Assembly: GCA_049296775.1 (NCBI GenBank)
Contig: JBAQTB010000003.1
Span: forward strand, 204,766-268,765
Reading direction: 5' to 3'
Source: Patescibacteria group bacterium
GTDB taxonomy: Bacteria; Patescibacteriota; Patescibacteriia; UBA9934
DNA: 64,000 nucleotides
Shown: positions 17,885 to 26,905 of the stretch, piece by piece
How positions within the stretch are numbered: position 1 is the first letter of the stretch
How the letters are laid out: every line of letters starts with the position of its first letter
Notes under the pieces: generated by a model
Seen by the model: only the letters and a program-made list of their open reading frames with translations
Told to the model about the DNA's origin: nothing
Databases searched by the model: none
Program-made: the position numbers and the translations under genes

Positions 17885-18289
17885 ATGACCTGGTCAGACA
17901 GAGGAGAGGAGTATCAAGAACCACGAAACGCACCAAGATATGATGTGCTACTCAGTCAACTCTTGCACCATCATCAAGACCAAAAGTTGTTGGCGACCTG
18001 TAGCCGCGCCGGCTTTGTACTAGTCCGCGACGCTGCCAAACTCACCGGCGATGAGCTAGTCGCCAAACACGGCTTCACGAAACGCGAGGTTGAAGCCTTA
18101 CATCGTGCTTTTGCCGGTGAACCCAAGTACGAGTCCCCAATTGAACACGGCCCCGCCTTCGCTCACCTGATAGAGCTCTATATGCGAGACCTCAGTGGCA
18201 GCGAGAGCAACCCCGTTCGCGCCTGGGAAAAACTCGGCGAGCTCGGTGCCCAGCCCAAACAACGTCCGCCACACCGACCTCACGTCTGA
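17885..18289 (+). CDS. Hypothetical protein
   Basis: RBS GGAGG 6 nt upstream of ATG at 17885 (ORF-track start 17870 less likely); moderately elevated GC; no domain recognised. Confidence 0.45.
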   Translation: MTWSDRGEEYQEPRNAPRYDVLLSQLLHHHQDQKLLATCSRAGFVLVRDAAKLTGDELVAKHGFTKREVEALHRAFAGEPKYESPIEHGPAFAHLIELYMRDLSGSESNPVRAWEKLGELGAQPKQRPPHRPHV

Positions 18290-18304
18290 ACACCCGTCCC
18301 CATC

Positions 18305-18334
18305 CCACGGAGCCCAGCTCCGTGGCTTTTTTTA
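18305..18334 (+). terminator. Intrinsic terminator (CCACGGAGC-CCA-GCUCCGUGG + U7), convergent with lipoprotein gene
   Basis: ccacggagcccagctccgtggcttttttt. Confidence 0.65.
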
Positions 18335-18338
18335 TTGT

Positions 18339-18743
18339 TTAATCAACCAACTGCCAAGATATGATTTTGCCAAAATGGTTATAAGTCACACGCAGTGAGT
18401 CGGAAGACTGTACAAGATCGGTGTAGCCGAATAAGCCACGATCTCCACAAAATTGGGAGCTTTGCCAGGTTTCGACATTCTTAGCAGCAGAGTCATACAC
18501 CGGCATATCTGCCCCTAGAAAGACAGAGGGAAAGCGTAAAGTAAATGAGCGTCCGTTCGATTGATTTGTTAAATCCACGGTGGCCGGATGAAGCAATTCC
18601 GTAAAACTACCGATCTCCGAGATATCACCGCAGTCGGCAGCAACAACTCGGACTTCGGCTGTCTTCGTGCCGAATTGCATCCAAATACAACCAGCAATCA
18701 ATACGCTTAAAATCCCGATAAGATATAAGTTCTTTCTTTTCAT
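18339..18743 (-). CDS. Putative lipoprotein, function unknown
   Basis: MKRKNLYLIGILSVLIAGC lipobox. Confidence 0.5.
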   Translation of the reverse strand: MKRKNLYLIGILSVLIAGCIWMQFGTKTAEVRVVAADCGDISEIGSFTELLHPATVDLTNQSNGRSFTLRFPSVFLGADMPVYDSAAKNVETWQSSQFCGDRGLFGYTDLVQSSDSLRVTYNHFGKIISWQLVD

Positions 18744-18926
18744 AGATAATGGGAAATCCTAATCAATAAGTAAACCTTAGCACGAACTTGTATTTAATTC
18801 AATCAAAAATCGCCTGCTTTTAACACAAAACAGAAATCGTTATGAAAAGAGCATGTACCGACATTGTAAATTGTCACGTTCTCCCGAAGTAGACACTCAC
18901 TACGTTCGTGTCACTTCAGGGTTCAC

Positions 18927-18981
18927 CATGAAGTGAAGTCCAAAAACAAATAGAAGCCCTGTTTTGGACTTCTACTTCATG
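18927..18981. repeat. Long interrupted hairpin (8 + 1 + 10 bp stem, one bulged U, 16-nt loop) abutting and overlapping by 2 nt the 3-prime end of tRNA-Gln
   Basis: CATGAAGT-G-AAGTCCAAAA ... TTTTGGACTT-CT-ACTTCATG; alternative smaller hairpin CACTTCA...TGAAGTG at 18912-18935; no U-run on either strand. Confidence 0.4.
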
Positions 18982-19053
18982 GTTCCGGGACTTGGATTCG
19001 AACCAAGATTAAGGGATTCAGAGTCCCTCGTCCTGCCTTTAGACGATCCCGGA
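18980..19053 (-). tRNA. tRNA-Gln (anticodon CUG), CCA encoded
   Basis: UCCGGGA/UCCCGGA acceptor with U1-A72, 3-bp D stem GUC/GAC, anticodon stem AGGGA/UCCCU loop CUCUGAA, T arm CUUGG-UUCGAAU-CCAAG, ACCA end. Confidence 0.8.
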
Positions 19054-19117
19054 TTAAATTGACTGACTAGGCTGCGACAGGATAACTGAAAAGGACGTTT
19101 TGGGCAAGTCTGTAGAC

Positions 19118-20728
19118 TTAGACCACAGACCCACCAAAAGCGTTCATGAGCTCCGTCACAGCCTCACTTTCTTTGGGCTTATTATGCACAAACACGACAC
19201 CGATATTGCGCAAAATAATCGCAGCGACCGCCTCCTCGACTAGCCGTAAATTCTTGGCCTCAGTCATTTTAGCCACGTGCATGGCATAGGCAAAACCTAC
19301 CACGATCTTGCCACCTTCTACCCGCAAGACCTCGGCGCTATTCAACATGAGCGGCAACGAGATATTCTTTTCTGCAATAAAACTCACACACCTCCCCCAC
19401 TTGTCCTTTACTTCGACTAAATCAGCCTCGGTGGCCTGATAATCACCAGCGTTAGCAGCGTTCACCATGACTGGTGCAATATCAACCGGAGCATCTGGGA
19501 GCGGTGGCAACTCAACCTTAACGCGTGCCTCAGTGGGCGCAGAAACGGCTGGAGCAACTGCTGGAGCTACCACCGGAGCGACCACGCTCGGCTTTGGCGC
19601 GAGTACTGGCGACGTTGGCACAGCGGCAATGACGTTGGTCTGCTGGCCCAAACAAAATTCGACTAAAGCAATCTCTAGGGGCAATTGCGGGTACTGAGAT
19701 GGCGCTGACCGGCCTCTGGCTGTCAAAATGGCATCCAAGAGCTGCTGCAACTCACTCGCGGTCATACGCGCCGCAAAGGTCTGGAGCTTGGTCAACATGT
19801 TTTCATCATAAGCCTCAAAACGTTTCTCCCCCAAAGCCGCAAACATCATGCATCTAGCAAACTCCATCAGCTCATCCAACACGTGCCGCACTGATCCCCC
19901 CTCCTCTACAAAACTATTAATCACAACTAACACTTGCTTAGCATCACGCGTGGTCAGGGCATCGGCTAGATTAGCTACGGTTTCAGCGTAGGTCGCAGGA
20001 ATGATCAAAGTTGCTAGGTCGAGAGTAATATGTACTTCCCCGAGTGACAATAACTGACCGAGCAAACTCTCAGCATCGCGCAAACAACCTTCTGAGAGTC
20101 TAGCGATCGCCGCCATCACGTCCGCATCCACCGTCACTTGCTCGGCCGCCGCAATCGTCTGCAATCTAATGACCATCTCCTTGGCCGGGATCCTATGAAA
20201 ATCAAAACGCTGACACCTGGAAATAATCGTGGCTGGAATTTTGTGCAATTCGGTGGTCGCTAGAATGAACACTACATGTGACGGCGGCTCCTCAAGTGTC
20301 TTCAATAACGCATTGAAGGACGAGGTCGATAGCATGTGGACTTCATCGATAATAAAAACTTTGTACTTGCCCCGACTTGGCGCGAAACGGACGTTCTCGA
20401 TGATATTCTCACGGGTCTCTTCAACTTTAGTTTGCGAGGCAGCATCAATCTCGACCGTATCCAAAAACCTGCCGCCGTTGGCATCAAGACAAATTGAACA
20501 TTGATTACACGGCTCAGCCGAACCCGCGGCTCGCTGTTCACAGTTCAGAGCCTTGGCGAGCAAACGAGCAATGGTAGTTTTACCTACCCCACGCGGACCA
20601 GCAAACAGATAAGCATGAGCCACCTTGCCTGTGGCTAATTGATTAGAAATAGTCCTAACCACGTGATTCTGCTCGGCTACCTCCGCAAAGGTTGAGGGTC
20701 GATATTTTCGGTACAAAGCTTCGGCCAT
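19118..20728 (-). CDS. dnaX: DNA polymerase III subunit gamma/tau
   Basis: AHAYLFAGPRGVGKTTIARLLAKALNC Walker A + Zn-module cysteines, SRC motif. Confidence 0.9.
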   Translation of the reverse strand: MAEALYRKYRPSTFAEVAEQNHVVRTISNQLATGKVAHAYLFAGPRGVGKTTIARLLAKALNCEQRAAGSAEPCNQCSICLDANGGRFLDTVEIDAASQTKVEETRENIIENVRFAPSRGKYKVFIIDEVHMLSTSSFNALLKTLEEPPSHVVFILATTELHKIPATIISRCQRFDFHRIPAKEMVIRLQTIAAAEQVTVDADVMAAIARLSEGCLRDAESLLGQLLSLGEVHITLDLATLIIPATYAETVANLADALTTRDAKQVLVVINSFVEEGGSVRHVLDELMEFARCMMFAALGEKRFEAYDENMLTKLQTFAARMTASELQQLLDAILTARGRSAPSQYPQLPLEIALVEFCLGQQTNVIAAVPTSPVLAPKPSVVAPVVAPAVAPAVSAPTEARVKVELPPLPDAPVDIAPVMVNAANAGDYQATEADLVEVKDKWGRCVSFIAEKNISLPLMLNSAEVLRVEGGKIVVGFAYAMHVAKMTEAKNLRLVEEAVAAIILRNIGVVFVHNKPKESEAVTELMNAFGGSVV

Positions 20729-20791
20729 ACGCCGCCGATTTTACCCCGATTGACAGCACTTAACAAGAGTGACTATCCGCACAGAAATAGC

Positions 20792-23293
20792 TTACAAACT
20801 TGGGGGTGGAGGCGGTGGGAGTGGCGGGACGGCGGCCGCAGCCTTGGCGGAATAACCGGCCCTGTCCAGAATATCCTTAGCCACCGTGTCTTTATCTTGG
20901 CCGTATTGCAATCTAGAGATCTGCTTTAAGGCTTCAGCCACTTTCCGGCTACCCTCAGCCGGTGGATAGGCCTTCATGGTAAACGGCTTGGCCTGCGCGT
21001 TATCAATAATCATCTTCACGTTCCAGGTGTACATGTCCGTGTTCATCAAGTCCTGACCAGAGAAAGTTGGCTCAAAAACTTTACCCAGAGTTTCAATATC
21101 TTCAGGACCAACCCGCGCTACCATCATGGTACCCACGTTACCCAAAACCGCGTCTCTGATCTCGGTCTTACCATCTCTCACCAACTGGCCCATGTACTGG
21201 TGAGCTAACACCAAGTTTAAGCGATACTTTCTAGCCTCAGACAAAATTGTCGCAATGGACGGTGTAACAAAGTTTTGGAATTCGTCGATATACAAATAAA
21301 AATCTTTACGTTCACTCTCTGGAATATCAGCCCGAGTAAACGCCGCCATCTGCAACTTAGCCACCAAAATCAAACCAAGCAGTGAAGCGTTAACCTCTCC
21401 CGTTTTACCCTTAGACAAGTTCACCAACAAAATCTTCTGGTTATCCATGATGTCCCGGAAATTGAAAGCAGATTTGGATTGACCAATGATATTCCGCATC
21501 ATTTCATTCTCCACAAACCTACCCACCTTAGACACCAAGTACCCCATCATTTCACTCTTGTGATAATCAGAAGTTTTAGCCATTTCATCTTCCCAGAAAG
21601 ATCTAACTAGTGGATCCTTAACCTTAGCGACCCAAGCTTTTTGGAAAGCATCATCAGAAATCATGCGGGGAATCTCCACAATCGTACCGGGATTATTCAC
21701 GTCCGCCATCAAGGTCAACATGTAGTTACGCATTTGGTGCTCAAACATGGGGCCGATCATCTCGGGCGGAAACAGCATGTAAAAAATACTGATCATTTCC
21801 TGAACCGCAAAATCGCGCATGCTTTCATCTGGCGCTTCCAACATGTTCAAGCCCATGGGACGCTCCAAATCTGACGGATTGAAATACACCACGTCATCTA
21901 AACGCTCTTTGGGAATCAAACCCATTAAGTCATCCGCCAAATCGCCGTGAGGATCAATGACAGCCACGCCTTTACCGTTTCTGATATCCTGAATGGCCAT
22001 GTTCTTAATGAACTCGGTCTTACCGGAACCAGTTTTACCAATGATGTACAAGTGACGACGCCGGTCTGAATCTGTCATGTGAATCTCCGTTTTGCGACCT
22101 CTGTAAACGTTAAAGCCAACATGCAAACCGCTGCTAGGAATGTTAATGGGCGCTGGAGCTGTTCTGGCACTCATCCAGCGGATATTCGGCGTTTCGGAAG
22201 TTGGCAAAGGTAAGTGCCACAAACCCGCTAATTCTTCAGTGTTGAGCAAAACCTTATAGCTCGGATTGAAAGTTCTAAAAATAAAACCTTCCATAATGCC
22301 TTTTCTGGAAGATGGGATGCTCTTTTCTAGCGCATTACCGTACTCATAAATGCTGTACTGACCAAACGCCTGTAAGACGTTGGTTAAGTACATTTGCGCC
22401 TCTTCCGTGCTCGCGGCTGAGGCCACGACTCTAATAGTGGTTTCTAGTCCGGCCTTGCTCAGCTTATTCTCAATGCCTTCTAGCATTTTGGTTTCAGCGG
22501 CTGACAATTTACGTTCCCGCAACTTCTCTTTGGCTTTGTCTGCCTGCTCTTTAGAGGCAAATAAACCTGTGGCCGGCTTGCCAGACTTAGCTTGAGCAAA
22601 ACTCATGCCTTGCTGCATATTCCGCACAATCTTGGTACCCAAAGCTCGCCATCCGTTGGCAGCCGGACGAATGACATACTGAATTGCTACGCCGTCACTC
22701 TCTCCAACTTTTGATAAGGCGTTGGTCAAGGCGTTCAGCGGGTCGCCGTCCATCTCCTTGTAAGTCTTGATCGGCAAGATATGCTCGCGTTTAAACTTAA
22801 TGTAACCAGCCACCACCGTACCAAGCGGTGAAAAAATGTTAAAATCTTCAACTGGCTCTACAAAGGCGTCACTCCACTGCGCATGAATCTGCTGCTCCAC
22901 AAATTCCTGATAACGGCGCGGTACAGTCACGTAAAAAGTCACCAATTTTTCATGCGCCACAATCTCTAGCGCAAAGCTATCCGTTCTCCCCACTAACCAA
23001 GCCCATAAACCGCTATCTGGCTTGAGGCCACCAATGGCTGCAAACAAAGTTTCTGCAATCGCAATCTTCTCTTTCACTCCGGCCGCGTTATCATTCTGAC
23101 GGGTATCTTCTTCATTTTTAAACCGTGGAATAGTAATCCGCAAAGTCGTCAAAACGTCTTCACCGCCGCGGGTATGCGCACGCTTAATCAACACGTTCCG
23201 CAAATACCAAAAAGCAAACAAACAACTGAAGCCAATCAGACCAAACGCAATAACCCAGGGTAACAATTCAGCTAACAAAGCTTGGAACGTCAT
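20792..23293 (-). CDS. VirD4/TraG/TraD-like type IV coupling protein (T4CP) family ATPase with N-terminal TM segment
   Basis: Walker A IIGKTGSGKT, DPHGDL, Walker B LYIDEFQNF, C-terminal RKYRLNLVLAHQYMGQL resembling TraG-D_C domain; 833 aa, proline-rich tail. Confidence 0.6.
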   Translation of the reverse strand: MTFQALLAELLPWVIAFGLIGFSCLFAFWYLRNVLIKRAHTRGGEDVLTTLRITIPRFKNEEDTRQNDNAAGVKEKIAIAETLFAAIGGLKPDSGLWAWLVGRTDSFALEIVAHEKLVTFYVTVPRRYQEFVEQQIHAQWSDAFVEPVEDFNIFSPLGTVVAGYIKFKREHILPIKTYKEMDGDPLNALTNALSKVGESDGVAIQYVIRPAANGWRALGTKIVRNMQQGMSFAQAKSGKPATGLFASKEQADKAKEKLRERKLSAAETKMLEGIENKLSKAGLETTIRVVASAASTEEAQMYLTNVLQAFGQYSIYEYGNALEKSIPSSRKGIMEGFIFRTFNPSYKVLLNTEELAGLWHLPLPTSETPNIRWMSARTAPAPINIPSSGLHVGFNVYRGRKTEIHMTDSDRRRHLYIIGKTGSGKTEFIKNMAIQDIRNGKGVAVIDPHGDLADDLMGLIPKERLDDVVYFNPSDLERPMGLNMLEAPDESMRDFAVQEMISIFYMLFPPEMIGPMFEHQMRNYMLTLMADVNNPGTIVEIPRMISDDAFQKAWVAKVKDPLVRSFWEDEMAKTSDYHKSEMMGYLVSKVGRFVENEMMRNIIGQSKSAFNFRDIMDNQKILLVNLSKGKTGEVNASLLGLILVAKLQMAAFTRADIPESERKDFYLYIDEFQNFVTPSIATILSEARKYRLNLVLAHQYMGQLVRDGKTEIRDAVLGNVGTMMVARVGPEDIETLGKVFEPTFSGQDLMNTDMYTWNVKMIIDNAQAKPFTMKAYPPAEGSRKVAEALKQISRLQYGQDKDTVAKDILDRAGYSAKAAAAVPPLPPPPPPSL

Positions 23294-23301
23294 AAGACTG
23301 A

Positions 23302-23808
23302 TTACAGGTCGTTGGATGAAAGTTTAGCCTGCTCCGCCTGATAATCCAGCAGCTTATCTAGCTTAATCTTAGCTTCTTGCCGCAAAAAATATAAATTCAC
23401 GCCCGGGATCATACCTAACCAGGAGCTGACTAACTGCAAAATTTTGTGGGTCTTCACCTTGGCGCCCTGCAACATGGTCTGGACGGTTTTAGCGATCTCC
23501 TCCCCCTTCACCCTGAAGGCCTCACGTTTTGACTCCGGTAACTGCGAATAAATATCCCCCAAATTTTCTGACAAAATATTTTCGATCTCCGTCAAACTCG
23601 GATCTTTAGCGATTTCCGTGGGCTGCGGATCTGAGGCAGAGATGGTGGATTTTACGTTGGCTAAATGCTGTTGATCAACCCTGGGAGTCTCGGTAACTGT
23701 AGCCGCAAACTCTGGTGACTCACCAGATAACTCTAACCCCTGCTCAGGAGAATGAGCAGGGGTTTCAGGATTCAACAAATTAACGCCTTCTTTTCGTTCA
23801 GTAGACAT
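23302..23808 (-). CDS. Hypothetical acidic protein
   Basis: 168-aa ORF tightly packed upstream of T4CP-like gene; no domain recognised. Confidence 0.45.
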   Translation of the reverse strand: MSTERKEGVNLLNPETPAHSPEQGLELSGESPEFAATVTETPRVDQQHLANVKSTISASDPQPTEIAKDPSLTEIENILSENLGDIYSQLPESKREAFRVKGEEIAKTVQTMLQGAKVKTHKILQLVSSWLGMIPGVNLYFLRQEAKIKLDKLLDYQAEQAKLSSNDL

Positions 23809-23845
23809 GCCGATATTTTAGCACAATTTGTGCCAAGATTTCGGC

Positions 23846-25012
23846 TTAGGTAGCTGGAGTCGCCGCTGGCTTTTTAGCGCCCTGCTTTTTCTTCCACATA
23901 ACTCCCCCACCAATGGCGGCAGCTAACAAGAGAACACACACTACAATCACCGCAATTAAGCTGTGAAGAATCGCGGAAATCACAATCGTCACACAGCTCA
24001 GCACAAACGCTACCGCAAAGGTCACCATACCAATCACGCTGCGGCTAATGGTGCCAAAGATCGGCAAGAAGTCTAGAATGATACTAATTGGTCCAAACAA
24101 GGCACTCAAGCCCATCCACATCATGAGGAAACCAACTAAACGCAAGCCCCAAAGTGAAGCGGTGTACTCAGAATGCAGTTTAGCTACGGCTTGATCATGG
24201 CCACCCAAGAAAGCGCGGTACAAAGTGTCGCCCTTAGGAGTCACGTAAGCGTCAATCGAGCTGCCGTTCAACTTACCAAACAATGTACCTTCAAATGGTA
24301 CGGCTAGGGTGCTGTAACTAACGCGGACATCACCTAACTCAGGTGCTGAGTAAGTGCCCGTGGTGCTGTTGCGTACAAAGATAAAAGTCGTCCCATCCAC
24401 CAAACTAGCGTTAGAGGTGAGTGACAAATTTGCCGCCTGCAAACTCAACTGAGTTGGGGCGGGCGCCTTAGCGGCCTGTGGCGAAAAGTTGTACTGCTCT
24501 AGCATAGCGGTTGGTACCGTCTTGCTGGCATCACTAATATCTGCCATGACGTTAGTGTGGCCTTCTGGTACGTGGAACTTGCTGGAATCAGCAGGAGAAT
24601 TAGTCCACTCTTTCTTGTATGAGTAAGTGGTCTCCGTGGTTGATGATCCACCAGTGTTATTTTTGGTAGTTGACGTTGAAGTTTCTACCCAGGCAAAAAC
24701 CTCGACGTTTCTACTCACGCTATAAAATGGACCTGGCTTCAGAAACAGATCATCACCAATCAAGGTGTCAGCTGTCACCGTACCCGTGGCCGATACCAAA
24801 GTACCGTCAGCACCGGTGTTAGCCGCCACGTTGCTAGCCTCAATCACTACCGCTTTCTTAGCTACGTCTGACATGTCAGCCCGACCTTCATTCCAGTACA
24901 AAACTCCAAACGAGGCTAGGAACATTACGATCCCGAACAAAACTCCTTTAATGGAGTTCATGATGCGTTGACCGTAACTGGTTCTGGTGGTCGTGGTATA
25001 GGTGTCTGCCAT
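23846..25012 (-). CDS. Membrane protein with N-terminal TM, Ser/Thr-rich extracytoplasmic region and C-terminal polytopic region
   Basis: Hydrophobic N-terminal helix, TTKNNTGGSSTTETT low-complexity, 3 C-terminal helices; no domain recognised. Confidence 0.5.
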   Translation of the reverse strand: MADTYTTTTRTSYGQRIMNSIKGVLFGIVMFLASFGVLYWNEGRADMSDVAKKAVVIEASNVAANTGADGTLVSATGTVTADTLIGDDLFLKPGPFYSVSRNVEVFAWVETSTSTTKNNTGGSSTTETTYSYKKEWTNSPADSSKFHVPEGHTNVMADISDASKTVPTAMLEQYNFSPQAAKAPAPTQLSLQAANLSLTSNASLVDGTTFIFVRNSTTGTYSAPELGDVRVSYSTLAVPFEGTLFGKLNGSSIDAYVTPKGDTLYRAFLGGHDQAVAKLHSEYTASLWGLRLVGFLMMWMGLSALFGPISIILDFLPIFGTISRSVIGMVTFAVAFVLSCVTIVISAILHSLIAVIVVCVLLLAAAIGGGVMWKKKQGAKKPAATPAT

Positions 25013-25038
25013 AGTGTACGTACAAAGAATTAGTCGGG

Positions 25039-26454
25039 TTAACGTGATTCGCGTACCCGTTGACCGTCTGCCGTGTCCTCTACCAGCAGCCCAAGTTCAG
25101 CGAGAGTATCCCGTAAACTATCTGATTTGGCAAAGTCTTTGTCCAGACGCGCCTGTTGACGCTCCGCCAAAAGCGCCTCCGCTTCAGCCGAGATTTTCAC
25201 CGGTCTCGCCACAACATCTTCCAGGGCTAGGCCGAGAATCTCATCAAACTTTAGCAAAGTTGCGGCTTTGACTGCACTACTTAACGATTCATTGCCAACT
25301 AATTTCCAGACTAAAGCTAGACCGGTGGTGGTATCCAGATCCTGACTCAAGTGCTCCAAAAATTCGTCCCAACTAGCTTGATCTAGCTCAGTTGGCTGGT
25401 CCCAGCCCCTAACAGTATCGACAAGCTTATCAAGCGCATTCTGCGCCCCCTGAACCGCCTCCCAAGTGAAATTGAGTTTAGATTTGTAATTAGCGCCTAA
25501 GACAAAGTAACGGAAGGCTAAAGCAGAAATACCTTTCGCGGCCAGATCATCCAAACTGTAAGTATTGTTCAACGACTTACTCATCTTGCCACCGTCAATA
25601 AGTAAAAATTCGTTGTGCAACCAGTAATTAGCTTCAAGCACTCCTCTAGCCGCTTCTGCTTGAGCGATTTCATTTTCATGGTGTACCGCAATATGGTCGA
25701 TACCGCCGGTATGCACATCAAACGGTAAACCTAAATATTTTTCCGCCATGGCTGAACATTCAATATGCCAGCCCGGGAAGCCCTTGCCCCAAGGAGAGTT
25801 CCACTCCATGTGGCGTCGTGCAACGACGCCATCCTGAGCGCCGTCGAAGGGTCTCTCACTTGGCGAAAACTTCCACAAGGCAAAATCGCTCGCCTGACGT
25901 TTATCGCCAATCTCTACTCTGGCTCCAGCTGCCTTCTCCGCCATACTCTGACCGGACAGGCGGCCGTAACCCGGCTGCTTGGACGTATCAAAATAAACTC
26001 CGTCGGCAATTTGATAGGTCAAACCCTGATCCTCAATAGCTTTAATCATCGCGATCTGTTCGGCGATATGATCCGTGGCTTTAGGCATGACGGTAGGAGT
26101 CAAAGCGTTTAAGCGCTTTAAATCCGCCATAAATAACTGCGTGTAAGTCTCAGCCACTTCCCAAGCGGTCTTACCTTCACGCTCCGCACCCTTCTCAAGT
26201 TTATCTTGACCTTCATCAGCGTCGCTCACTAAGTGACCGACATCGGTGATGTTCATCACCTGAGTAACTTGATAACCCGATTGCTCAAACACTCTCCGCA
26301 ACGTGTCTGAAAACACGTAAGCTCTAAGATTGCCAATTGAAGCGCGGTCATACACAGTTGGCCCGCAAGTATACAAACCCACGTGCCCAGGCTTGATGGC
26401 CTTAAATTCCTGCTCCTGCCTGCCTAAAGTATTGAAAAGTTTAATTGATGACAT
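25039..26454 (-). CDS. cysS: Cysteine--tRNA ligase
   Basis: HIGH-type CGPTVYDRASIGNLRAYV, KMSKSLNN motif, Zn-binding Cys residues. Confidence 0.92.
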   Translation of the reverse strand: MSSIKLFNTLGRQEQEFKAIKPGHVGLYTCGPTVYDRASIGNLRAYVFSDTLRRVFEQSGYQVTQVMNITDVGHLVSDADEGQDKLEKGAEREGKTAWEVAETYTQLFMADLKRLNALTPTVMPKATDHIAEQIAMIKAIEDQGLTYQIADGVYFDTSKQPGYGRLSGQSMAEKAAGARVEIGDKRQASDFALWKFSPSERPFDGAQDGVVARRHMEWNSPWGKGFPGWHIECSAMAEKYLGLPFDVHTGGIDHIAVHHENEIAQAEAARGVLEANYWLHNEFLLIDGGKMSKSLNNTYSLDDLAAKGISALAFRYFVLGANYKSKLNFTWEAVQGAQNALDKLVDTVRGWDQPTELDQASWDEFLEHLSQDLDTTTGLALVWKLVGNESLSSAVKAATLLKFDEILGLALEDVVARPVKISAEAEALLAERQQARLDKDFAKSDSLRDTLAELGLLVEDTADGQRVRESR

Positions 26455-26566
26455 AGTTACCCCTAGGGTACTAGCAACTGGCGAAGTTGCAAAGAGCCAA
26501 TTGCATGGCCAGTCAAACCCTCAACTTCCCTTCGACATTAAAGCTAATTATCGGCCTACGGCCGCA

Positions 26567-26856
26567 TCCCCTTCCGGGGGAGATACTTTCTTTGTAGGAC
26601 AAAGAAAGTATCCAAAGAAAACCTTTCAAGCTCCCACCTTTAGGTCTGTCGAGACTGAAATTCGTCGTCGCTACGGGCAAAACAAATCCCAACCGATTCT
26701 TTATCGTTCAACTGTACGGACAGATAGACGACCCGTCCGTACAGTTATAGTATCGGCTGGAGTTGTTTTGCTATTCCTTCGCTCTCGCCGAATTTCCTGA
26801 AAACTGTCAGCCTCAACAGACCGCGGTGGGATGCGCTCCACCGCTTACCGCCGTGA
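26567..26856 (-). ncRNA. Conserved structured element B (paralog of element A); lies directly upstream of cysS in minus-strand sense
   Basis: See element A; additional B-specific perfect hairpin ACTGTACGGAC...GTCCGTACAGT; G-U wobble (minus) vs A-C mismatch (plus) in inner helix. Confidence 0.45.
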
Positions 26857-26865
26857 ATAGAGCCG

Positions 26866-26905
26866 ACAACAAAACAGCCGCGCCTTATAAATTAAGGTGC
26901 GGCTG
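26866..26905 (-). terminator. Hairpin + U-run (minus strand) overlapping the stop codon of the anti-sigma-like gene
   Basis: plus strand aacaaaaCAGCCGCgccttataaattaaggtGCGGCTG; 7-bp stem, 17-nt loop. Confidence 0.45.

Noticed and set aside
26455-26905. T-box riboswitch hypothesis for the long region upstream of cysS (element B)
   Set aside because: The only T-box-like string (GGUAAGCGGUGGAGCGC) lies at the 5-prime end (minus sense), about 400 nt from cysS, not in an antiterminator just before the gene. No AGGGUGGNACCGCG consensus and no terminator/antiterminator pair was seen next to the cysS start. The same element also precedes a non-synthetase gene.
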